Shown here: piece by piece, positions 53,457 through 64,000 of the stretch
Layout: each line of letters opens with the position of its first letter
Numbering within the stretch: position 1 is the first letter of the stretch
DNA from: Sphyrna mokarran
Taxonomy: Eukaryota
NCBI GenBank assembly: GCA_024679065.1
Contig: JAGIQG010000040.1
Span: 9,052,001-9,116,000, forward strand
DNA length: 64,000 nt
Reading direction: 5' to 3'
Position numbers and translations under genes: made by a program
The notes under the pieces: model-generated
Databases searched by the model: none
Seen by the model: only the letters and a program-made list of their open reading frames with translations
What the model was told of the DNA's origin: nothing

Positions 53457-54471
53457 TATAAAGTAGTTGTATAAAACGCTGGTTAGACCTCATTTGGAAT
53501 ACTGCGTCCAGTTCTGGTTGCCTTACTACCGGAAAGACGTGGAGACTCTAGAGAGAGTGCAGAGGAGGTTTACCAGGATGCTGCCTGGTATGGAAGGTCT
53601 GAGTTACGAGGAGAGATTAGGCAAATTGGGACTGTTTTCCTTAGAAAGACGTAGACTTAGAGGAGATCTGATAGAGGTGTACAATATTTTGAAGGGGATT
53701 GATAGATTAAACAGGGTTAAGCTTTTTCCTAGGATGGACTCAAATAGCACGAGGGGTCACAGGCTTAGGGTGAGGGGCGTAAGGTATAATTTGGATGCTA
53801 GAGGGAGTTTTTTCACACAGAGGGTGGTGGGGGTATGGAATGCACTGCAAAGTAAAGTGGTGGAGGCAGGTACTCTGGAGTTATTTAAGAAATACTTAGA
53901 TGGGCACATGAACAGAATGGGAATAGAGGGGTATAGAAAACTGATTTAAAATAGGGATCATGAGCCTTGGGAGTCCCTGGGAAGTGTGTAAATAGATAAT
54001 GATGATATTGATATACTTGTTTTTATCCTACAGGTGCTTTGGTCCGCCTTGTTGTCTAACGAGGGGCATACACGCGATGGGTCGTGAGAGGACTGCTCTT
54101 GGATCTTTTTCGAGAGTATCCTACTGCTTCACGTTGTTAGCGTATGCTTGACCCGGACCTTCTGATGGGCAATACGACAGTCAGTGACTATCGCTGTGCT
54201 GTGCAGATACATGGATTTGGGCCTGTGTCTGTGGGAGTTTGCGCATTCTCCCCGTGCTTGCGTGGGTTTCCTCCCACATCCCAAAGATGTGCTCTTAGGC
54301 TAATTGGCAAAACACATTCTCCCTAAATTGTCTCAAATTTGGTTTTTAAATCCATAGATCGATAATCATGGACAGGGATCGCGGGTAGAGATAGGAACAT
54401 CAAGGTGGCGGTGCGGGCTCGTTCGGCCGAAGGGCCTGTTTCCCGTGCTGTTTTGTTCTTTGTTCTTTGTT
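53457..54471 (+). mobile_element. CR1 fragment with long structured 3' UTR containing a V-domain; 7-bp TSD
   Basis: ORF 53467-53949; TSD CTAATTG at 53450-53456 and 54472-54478; single-copy empty site at ~27415-27421. Confidence 0.93.
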
Positions 54472-56029
54472 CTAATTGGTGGAATGGGCGAGCAATTTGG
54501 ATATTTGGTTTATTACAGAGGAACGTTTCATGATTAGTTTCGTTAAGCAGAATGTGAAGAGACAAATGGAAATGATGAAAATGCTACGAACATGAACATA
54601 GACGCCAAGGGACTTGAGTGAATATGTGCATACATCATTCATGGTGCAAGACATGTTGAGACAGCGGTAAATTAAAAAGTGAATAGTTTTTGTCCCTTGG
54701 GGGAAATAATACAGGAGCAAGGAAGTTGTGCTAAATGCGTAGAAAACACGTGGAAAATAGTCAAACGAAAATAAAGGATCCAATTCTGAACACCGAACGT
54801 AAGGCAGAATGTAAAATCAGTAGACTGGATGCAAGAGAAAAAAACACGAGAATAATTCCAAAGATCAAAAACTTCAGTGACGAATATATTTTGGAAAGAT
54901 TCGGACTAATTTCCTTTAATGAAGCATCCACAATCCTGAGGGGTCTTGACAGAGTAGTTAGAGGGAAACTGTTCTATGGCAGAAGAATCATGGCACAGAG
55001 AGACCAGGTTGAAGTAATTTGGTGAAAGAAGCATAGAGACATCACGAAAAACGTTTTCAGGCAGTGGGTGATGCAAGTCTGAAATGTGCTGTTTGAGAGT
55101 GTAGTGCAGGCAGCGCCAATTAATGATTTCAAAATGGGATTGGATAATTGTCTGAAAATGAACAAAATGCTAAACTGTGAGATAGAGTGTTATTGGATGA
55201 ATTACTCATTTAGAGGGCCTACATACACATGACGCTTCAAAAAGTCTTCTTCTCTGCTATAAGTACTTTATCAATGTTGAAAAGGAGACAGTGGCACAGT
55301 GGTAATATCTCTGCGAGAGTAATTCCGAGGTGGGCAAATTTCTCAAGGTATATATTTAAATGAAACTGCAAAAGTTTTAAAATACAACTGCAATTTTGAC
55401 TTTAAAGGCCGTTTCCGTAATTGCGGCCGTGACAAGAAATATATCAGATTCTCTAATGGTCTACCTCTCATGGAGGCAGGCATACCACAAGCTAAATAGA
55501 GAACACATACAGAACGGAGGTGCAAACCATGAGGTGAAACCAAGAGATTGAGGCGTATTTCACATTAGCACATAATAAACTTCAAATTTCCAAATTATGG
55601 CGAGTGTTATGGGATAATTTGAGGTGACCAACACAACGACAGACAATATAAAACTCACGAGGCAAATATCTCTGTATAAAGACGTAATATTTATTTAAAA
55701 CAAAGACACAACAAACAGCTGCTCGGAGATGACAGAAAAGGTTAAGTGGCTCTGGAATACAGCGGCAGGAACTTTCCAATGAATCTGACGTGTACAATCA
55801 ATAACAGATCAATTATAGATGTTCTTACCGATCATTCCCGCCTCATATTAGTTTAAAAAATCAATTACGTTCTGTAAACATACAGCAATAATAATTCCTG
55901 ATAAGTTGCTCAGCCAATCGCATTTTACAACACAGCATAATGATATCTCCTTCATCCATTTAAATCGGAGGCTGACTCATCTGTAATCTGTATCTGAGAG
56001 AATCATTAAGATAAAACAAAGTGATTCAG

Positions 56030-56720
56030 TCACAGAGTTCTACTGCATGGAAGCAGATCCTTCGGCCCATCATATCTATGTCACCCTTTTTAAACTAGTG
56101 AAATGTTCCCTATTGCCCGCGGTTGGCCCATATCGTCGATAACCATTTCACTCATGTAGCTGTCATAGCGTTTCTTTAAAAGACAAAATTATACTCACCT
56201 GCACCACTACCTCTGGCAGCTTGTTCCAGAGATTCACGACTCTTTGTGTGAAAAAAATATACCTGTGGACTCTTTTATAACTCTCCCTTCTCAAGTTAAA
56301 CCTATGCTCTCTAGATTTAGATACCAATGCAGTTGGGAAATGATATGCACTATCTAACTGATCTATGCCCCATATTACTTTATAGATCTCTATAAGATAG
56401 TCACTCAGCCTCAGGCACTCTGGAAAAAAAAAAGCCTATCCAAACACTTCTTATAACTCAAACCATCAAGTCCCAGGAGCATATTCGTAAATGTTTTCTG
56501 CATTCTTTCTTATTTAATAATATCTTTCCTATAATAAAGTGCCCAGAACTGTACACAGTATTCCAATGTCTAGTACAACGCCTGCAGTCAATGTCCTCAC
56601 CAATGAAACTGAGCATGTCGAATACCTTCTTCACCATCATGTCCACCTGTAACTCTACTTTCAATGAGCTCTGTCCGTGTACCCCTGGATCTCGATGTTT
56701 TGTAATTTTCCTAAACGCCC
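56030..56720 (-). mobile_element. Degenerate CR1 3' fragment
   Basis: gcagatccttcggccc terminus; LKVELQVDMMVKKVFDMLSFIG-like coding. Confidence 0.78.
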
Positions 56721-58864
56721 TAGTATTTTGGTGCTTTACTGATTTGTATTCGGCCCTTGTAGGTTCGCAGGCTGGTTTTGATATATGAACAAATAACGTT
56801 TTTGATAAGCAATGCTGAATTGCTTCCTGGTCGAAAACAATTCTGTCAGCATCAGTGGAGTGAAAATTTGAGGTTTTGCTTCCGAACTGGAGATGTCACA
56901 TGGGCAACAGGCTGAGAACAAACACAGATAGTGAAAGGCAGTGATAGGATGCAAAGCTCTGACGATGTTGACGGTGATTCAAGGTAAAAAAAAACTGCGC
57001 GGTAACAGGTCAGATTTAACCGTGTACACTGACAGAAATGTCACTCATTTCTGGATGAAATTCTCGGGCTAAATGTCAAGAAAACTTCTCACTCTATTAA
57101 ATATTAAATTATTTAACTTCATTCAGAAAGCAGTAATTGTGAGATTAACAAAGCGGGAGAGAAGAAACCTCAGCTTGAACTGTGATACTGCTGGAGGAAT
57201 GCAGAACTGAAGTTCACCCGGGAAAGCAGCAGTGTTTAAAGTTAATGGGAAGCAATCACGCTGTTCTTGTCCATCATTCACTGTGTCAGATAATCCATCC
57301 TGTCTTGCTCGCTTTCACAAACTTTCTCTTGTATTTTCTCCACTGTGTGATTCTGTCTTAAATGCCAAAAAAACCTCATCAGCTCAATTAATCTTTCGTG
57401 CGAAACGAGAACAATTCTGAAATCAGAATCATTTGGGAATGTTTCCGCCAGGTTTTCAAATCGGGAGCTTGCACAAGAGGCCAACGTGATAATCACTACA
57501 TTACAGAAACAAGGCAATGCATGAATGCAGATTCGGCTAACTGGTGGAACATCTAAACTCATTTCAAGACCGCCAGTTACTCGTTTTGCATGGTTTCTGC
57601 TGGTTCTTCCAATCAAAATGAATGATGATACATTCTATTGCATTCAATTCTAGTAATCACATGTTGGCCAAATGTGCTCATAACGTTGAACGTAACTTAA
57701 GTGAAAATTTGACAGTCGGGTGAGGAGGGGTGAGATTTGATCCTATTCCTCCACAAATATCGCTATCCTAAATTTATTCTCCCCATCAACGACATCAGCA
57801 GGGGTCATTGCAATAGGAACTGGCATTGGCTTTGAACAGGATCAAAGCAGTTGAATTAGATCACATGTTACATTGAGTCTCTTCCGCTATTTAAAATCAA
57901 GACGGATCCCCAGCTCAACAATCGCCTCATTTAAGGAATCAATTCAATGAAACTTAATTCTATAAAAAGAGGGAGAGAATAGAAGGAACGAAAACAAAAG
58001 AGGGAAATAGATAGTTGGACTGAAAGAGGGAAAGACCAAAGCAGATGTCCAAAGAAAAGGAGATAAATATAGAGGCAGAGTGGGGTAGTCAATGAACGGA
58101 ACATGTACGGTTCACCATTCCTTCGGTTTTCAAGAAGGCGAAAAAAAAACAAACTTGGAAGCATTGGAAAGAGTAAGCATTACAGCCCTGAAAAATATTC
58201 TGGCAATTGATGCAGAAGAATTGAATTTTAGAACTTGCCGCAACCTTTGCTATGCTGTTCCTCAGCTGTAGCACTGGCACCTAACCACCAATGATACAAT
58301 TTGCCCAAGATTGCCCACTTTACAAAAATCAGTTCAAATCTAACACCACCAATAACCATCAGCCTACTCTTGATCACTAGTAATGTGATGGAAGAGGCAA
58401 TAAGCAATAGTATCAAGAGGTTCCCCAATGGAAACTGGGGCAACATCACCCGATATCCCGATTCGGTACTTACTGCGTTCCGGACTGAACAATGCATTGA
58501 ACAACTTCAGAGCATCTCTTTTTCTCCAGCTTCACCCCATTTCTTGTTAGTTTGCTTCATTTCATACAGCTTATTTATTCATTTTTTACCGTTATATGTT
58601 TTCATAACTTCCATTTTACATTGTTTATTTAAAATCTCGCTTTCTATCTTGTTGCCCCCTCTCCCTCCACCCCACTCGGACCTTCTCTTACACTTTCTTT
58701 GTCCTGCCATTTACACATTCTGATCTCCTAATAGACAACCAACAACATATTTTTTAGCCATTCTCACTACCATTTAAATGCCGCTTGTTTTTGTATTTAT
58801 ATGTGAGTCTTCGCCAGCAATCCAACAAGTATCCCTTACCATTACAGTATAAATAAATGCCTTT

Positions 58865-59000
58865 GTCTTCAGCTCTGATGAAGTGTCATCCGGACTTTGA
58901 ACGTTAGCTCTATTTTCCCTTCACAGGTGCTTTCAGGTCTTTTGAGGTTTTCCAGCATGTTAAGTTCTTCTTTCAGATTCCAGAATTTGCAGTAAATTTA
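58865..59000 (+). mobile_element. Penelope-like short terminal element with hammerhead relic
   Basis: agctCTGATGAagtgtcatccggactttgaacgttagct followed by cacaggtgct..ttttccagcat..ttcagattccag, as in the 18.8, 37.1 and 50.1 kb copies. Confidence 0.6.
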
Positions 59001-59119
59001 TTCATATTTAGAAGCATTTCTTCTAATCTGCAGACAGAGTTGCCGCTGGTATATATAAAGAAATGCTGAAATAGAAACAAACGCCAGTAACATAGATTAG
59101 ATTCAAAAATCTTGAAGGC

Positions 59120-59185
59120 ACCCTTGGTGTCCATTGGTTAGGATTTGGCGCATTCACCGCAGCGGTTGGATTCCCAGGCAGGGAA
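59120..59185 (+). tRNA. tRNA-Glu(TTC)-like pseudogene
   Basis: CCCTTGGTGTCCATTGGTTAGGATTTGGCGCATTCACCGCAGCGG-TTGGATTCCCAGGCAGGGAA; T-stem deletion. Confidence 0.65.
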
Positions 59186-59239
59186 TGAAGATTTCTTGCA
59201 GCACATGATTTATGTGGAGTTGGTGTTGCTTCCTGATCG

Positions 59240-60210
59240 AAAACATGAGTGATATTGGTGCCAGACTTGATGTTGTGTGTTATGAGGAGCGACTGTATAA
59301 ACCGGGACTTTTCTGGAGCGCAGGAGGGTGAGTGGTGATGTTGTAGAGGTCTACAAAATGACTCTCAAAAGTGTAACGGCGGGACAGCTGACAAGTCATG
59401 GGAAGGCAGAATGAACGGCAGGATGTTTGGATGTACGGAAGAACATAGAGTCCTTGTGGTCCATATCCAAAGATCCGTGAAAGCAGCGGGTCAGATGAAG
59501 TGATAAGAGTTCACATAGTGTACTTTCCTTTATTAGTAGAGGTATTGATGAAAAGTGATAGAATTGTGACAGTTGGAGCCGTATAAAATTCCCATTATGC
59601 CACGGTTAGTGTACCATGTACAGGTTCATTAGGATGGTAATGGTGCCGAACCACTTTAACTAAGGGAATAAGTTCGAATTATTACACATTCGAGGGTTCG
59701 GTTCACTACACATGCAGATGTAGTTCTATTAGAAAGGATATTAAGGGCATTCAACAGGATGCTGCCTGGGCTGAAATTTGCGGCAATGAAAAGAAGCTGG
59801 ATAGGCTGGCGTTATTTTCCTTAAAGTTGAGAAGAATGAGAGGGACCGCACTGATTTGTACCAAAGTATGAGGGAGATGCCAGCTGAGAATAACCATTAC
59901 CCTTAATAAAGGTGTCAATAACCAGGGGCATGGATCTAAGGATAGGAGCATGATATTGACAGGGGATTTACAGAAAAAAAGAACAAAACAAAAACTCGTT
60001 AACCTAGAAAATGGTGAGAATTGAGAACTCACTGTCTGAAAGTACGGCAGGAGAAAGAACCCTCACATTTAAGAAGCATTTAGATGAACACTTGAAACGT
60101 CAGAGCATGCAAAGAACTGAATCAACTATTGCGAAATGGGATGTGATTAGATAGGTGTTATATGGCCGAAGGGCCTCTTTCAATGCTGGAAGTCCCCATC
60201 ATTCCATTAT
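59240..60210 (+). mobile_element. Old CR1 fragments
   Basis: Degenerate YEERL..RDLS-type coding; 3' ggccgaagggcctctttcaatgctg. Confidence 0.65.
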
Positions 60211-60392
60211 CTCTTCCAGGAAGTTAGCAACTGTGGTAACTCAGCATACATTCAGAGCAATAACAGTGGCTGTGAGCACTGTATTACGGGCCTTACATCT
60301 CCTAAGTTCTGTCTCTAAAGCCAAATAGTGTCTGATTCTAGAGAGCACATTGGTCTAAGTTGATGAAACCCAAGCATGTATTGATGTGTGTT

Positions 60393-61265
60393 TTACCCAG
60401 TGAGCTTGGTGAAGGGGCATAGCAGAACCTTCTTCAGGTCCTCTCGGAATTTGGCCTGAGCGACTACATAGATGAAGACATTGTTGCAGGAACTGACTAG
60501 CTGAAGCAAGTTTGCTGTTTCCTGAAAGATGTACCGGGGGTCTTTGAAATCCAGGCTGGTGCGGTAGCCCACACCTGTAATCCACACATAGAGGAAGTGT
60601 ATGACAAAGGTGACCCAGAGGAGGAGGAAGCTGAGGGCGATGGCGAAGAGTAGGATGATGGACCTCTTGCTGTTGGCTATCTCTGGGTCCCCGTGACACT
60701 CCGTGACGTCTCCTGCGAGCTCTGCTGGCCGCTAAGATTGTTTTACGGTCAGAGCGTTAAGAAGCAGGATGAGGAGGAACGGGAGAAACGGAGTTAAGAT
60801 GCTATCCAGACAGTCAAATGCCTGCCAGGCGGGCAGTGTGTAATAACTGGACTTAAAAGCACAGAACCAGGACACCCCGTCCAGGATGTACAAGGGCTGG
60901 TAAGTGAAGTAGAAAGGGACATTCCTGACACAGCTCAGGGTGCAGACTATTCCTATAACCAGCAATGCTGTTTTCTCGGTACAGTATCTGGTCTTCAGCC
61001 TCTGGCAGCAGATGGCCACAAAACGGTCGATGGTGAAACCAGACAGATGAATCCCGGGTGAAATAGACCAGCAGATTGCTGAATGTACATGCAGGGGTGG
61101 TTGACAGGACACTGTTCTGAAAGTAGATGCGGCCAATCCGGTTGAGGATTACGGCAGTGATGATGACAAGGAAATCAGTCAATGCTATCGCGATAAGATA
61201 GTAGATGATGCACCGTGACAGTCCGCACCGTCCTCGGGATAAGTTTACGATCGTCACCAAGTTGG
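60393..61265 (-). pseudogene. GPR139-like GPCR exon 2, frameshifted
   Basis: ANLVTIVNLSRGRCGLS / FTIDRFVAICCQRLKT / SSCNNVFIY in different frames; breaks near 61040 and 60735; acceptor ctcacag| at 61266-61267. Confidence 0.88.
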
Positions 61266-61649
61266 CTGTGAGATAGAAAGAGACAGAGAGAGGTGTTACT
61301 GAGAGGGCTGCACTAACCAATCAGTTAATGAGAACAACCTCATCCTTCACTTTCCCAACTCCAGTCTCCAGTGATTGGAAAGTCTTGGCAATTAAGCTAT
61401 TTCGAATTAGGGCAATCAGTCCAAATTGCAACTCTGCTCTCTGGTCACTGAATTGATCTGCTCAGATAACTATCAAATTTCAGATTTCCGAAAATTTGTT
61501 GTCATTTTTCTTATTGCTGCTAATCGCATCCATCCATCAACCTATTAACCCCCATTCATTTCTGTTATTATAATCTTGCCCTTCAAATTTTAAACCCTTC
61601 CAACATCTCACCTTTTTAAAATTTTGATAACATGCTACAACTATCTGAG

Positions 61650-62217
61650 ATAGAACATAGAACATAGAACATTTCAGCACAGAACAGGCCCTTCGGCCTT
61701 CGATGTTGCGCCGACCAATATAAAAAGCAATGCCCCTCCAAACTAAACCATTTCCTTCTCTTCCATATACTTATCAACTAACCTCTTAAACGCCACCAAA
61801 CTTGGCGCATCTACAACTGCTTCAGGCAGGGCATTCCACTCCCGAACCACCCTTTGGGTAAAGAACCTACCTCTGATATCCGTCCTATAACTATCACCCC
61901 TTAATTTAAAGCTGTGTCCCCTCGTGCTAGCTTTTTCCATACTAGGAAAAAGGCTATCACTGTCCACCCTATCTAAACCTCTAATCATCTTATATGTTTC
62001 GCTCAGGTCCCCTCTTAGCCTCCTCCTTTCTAACGAAAACAACCTCAAATCCCTCAGCCTCTCTTCATAAGACCTGCCCTCCATACAGGCAACATCCTGG
62101 TAAACCTCCTCTGTACCCTCTCCAATGCCTCCACATCTTTCTTATAATGTGGGGACCAGAACTGCACACAATACTCCAAGTGCGGCCGTACTAGAGTTTT
62201 GTACAGTTGCAACATGA
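61650..62217 (-). mobile_element. Young CR1 3' fragment inside GPCR intron
   Basis: Same subfamily as 14294 and 22140 (gcaatgcccctccaaactaaa 3' UTR). Confidence 0.93.
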
Positions 62218-62971
62218 CCATATCTCTGATGTGGACTTCAATGCCCCTGATTTTCAGTGTTCCTTTACCTGCCGAGACTCTAATCTCTGGAACTCCTTCT
62301 TTCAAAGACTACACTTTCCCTTTGTGCTTCAAGACGATGCTCAGAAAAATAAATTCATTGAACAATTCTAAGTCATTTTGCCTGTGAGTATAAAGTTGAT
62401 TGGTTAAAATCTTGTGAAGTATCCCCATTCTACTTATCCGAATGTCCGAAGAAACAAACGCCTCATCGCCTTCTCAAATGAAAGCTGGAGATGGACAAGA
62501 CATTTTCTTGCCGTATCTACATGCATACAGTTAGTGATTAAAATATAATTATCCGACATTTACCAGACTTACTAACACAAGATAAAATGCAAATGCATAA
62601 CTCCCACATATTTTCAAAAGTTTCCATAATTAATTCTTAAAACCTCAGTAACAATGTGGCAGCCCAGTGCTCAGAACTAATCAACGATTATGAACGGCTG
62701 GTGGTCGCAGCATAGATTCATGAATCCACTGATGTTCTACGTCAATGCGTCTAATTGAATTACTAAATTGCAATAGTTCATTTTCTGAGATTGTGCATAC
62801 CAGTGGATGAAATACCGATGACTTTATAGGCTTTATCCGGCACAATACTGAAAACATTGGATCACGCTTTACTACATTCAAATAAAACCAAATGTTCATC
62901 AATAAAAGGCTAATGTTTGTGCAACGCAATATATTTCAAGTCATGAGAAGTATTCGGTATCATTCACCTAC

Positions 62972-63041
62972 CGGGAACACCAATAGCAGCGAGAATGGGA
63001 TAAGAAATGGCGAAGAAGATACCTTTCGCTGGTCCATGCAT
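62972..63041 (-). pseudogene. GPR139-like GPCR exon 1 (MHGPAKGIFFAISYPILAAIGVP) of the frameshifted gene
   Basis: 70 nt, donor G|gtagg; homologous to 48078-48147. Confidence 0.85.
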
Positions 63042-63224
63042 CCTCTCCTCAAAAGTGAAATGAAGTTTAAACCTGAGTTTCGCGGTGGTTTCATTGTGTC
63101 CCACATTTATTCTGAGTGAGCGTCTCCAGAGGAATAATTAAGTTAGAACCTGCACCTTAGTTACAGGCCGGTGAACAAACAGATTCACTCATTGTTTTGT
63201 ACCTCCACATTGCACCATTGGCAA

Positions 63225-64000
63225 ACATAGAAACAAAGAACATTACAGCACAGCACAAGCCTTTCGGCTCTCAATGTTGTGCCGAGCTATGTCAAATCCC
63301 AAGAGGAAGCTATCCCCTTCCTATAATTCTGGAGTGCTTCATGTGCCTATCTAATAACCACTTAAAAGTTCCTAAAGTGTCCGACTGCAGGATCGCAGCA
63401 GGCAGTCTAATCCATTACCCAATCATCCTCTGAGTAAAGAATCTACCTCAGACATCCCTCCTATATCTCCCACCATGAACCTTATATTTATGCACCCTAG
63501 TAACAGCTACATCCACTGGAGGAAATATTCTCTGCACGTCCACTCTCTCAATCCCTCTCATCATCTTATGAACTCTATTAAGTCGCCTTTCATCCTCCTC
63601 CACTCCAAAGAGAAAAGCCCCAGCTCCCTCAACCTTACCTCATAAGACCTACCCTCCAAACCAGGCAACATCCTGGTAAATCTCCTCTGCACTTTCTCCA
63701 ATGCTTCCACATCCTTCTTATAGTGAGATAACCAGAACTGAACACAATATTCCAGATGAGGTCTCACCAACGTCCGGCATAGTTATAGCATAACCCCACA
63801 GCTCTTAAACTCAAACTCCTGATAATAAAGCTAGCACACTATAAACTTTCTTCACAGCTCTATATACTTGAGTGGCAACCTTCAGAGATCTCTAGATATG
63901 AAAACCCAAGATCTCTCTTTTCCTCCACGTTGCTCAGAACCCTGCCGTTGACCTTGTAATCTGCATTCCAGTTTGTCCTTCCAAAATGAATCCCCTCACA
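63225..64000 (-). mobile_element. CR1 LINE 3' portion running off the window
   Basis: [36 protein letters not shown]; tail aaagaacattacagcac. Confidence 0.9.

Larger units (their letters stand above)
50830..55440 (+). repeat. Segmental duplication arm B with two later CR1 insertions
   Basis: Reverse complement of 26410-28660 once 51305-52810 and 53457-54471 are removed. Confidence 0.85.

Overview
Vertebrate genomic DNA, almost certainly from a cartilaginous fish (shark/ray). 1-12.4 kb (minus strand) holds one germline, unrearranged IgM heavy-chain minicluster: leader, VH, D1, D2, JH, Cmu1, Cmu2, Cmu3, with Cmu4/TM lying off the left edge. All six RSSs and all splice phases are intact. The rest is a repeat-rich accessory region with three two-exon GPR139-like class A GPCR paralogues (one intact, one frameshifted, one truncated), two decayed C2H2 zinc-finger exons behind a CpG-rich promoter, three tRNA(-like) genes, many CR1 LINEs, V-domain tRNA-SINEs, Penelope-like fragments with hammerhead relics, and an inverted segmental duplication (~26.4-28.7 kb vs ~50.8-55.4 kb). 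The most notable unexplained signals are: a CR1 family whose long 3' UTR carries a multi-stem RNA structure with compensatory base changes between two copies; an octamer-less VH promoter with a perfect 14-bp inverted repeat and a palindromic TATA; an old ~390-bp tandem array with CTCF-like motifs in the J-C intron; a RUNX/ETS/E-box cluster between inverted minisatellite arms; and a phase-compatible chain of orphan exons with a TCR-like transmembrane motif. All alignments were done by eye; repeat boundaries are approximate.
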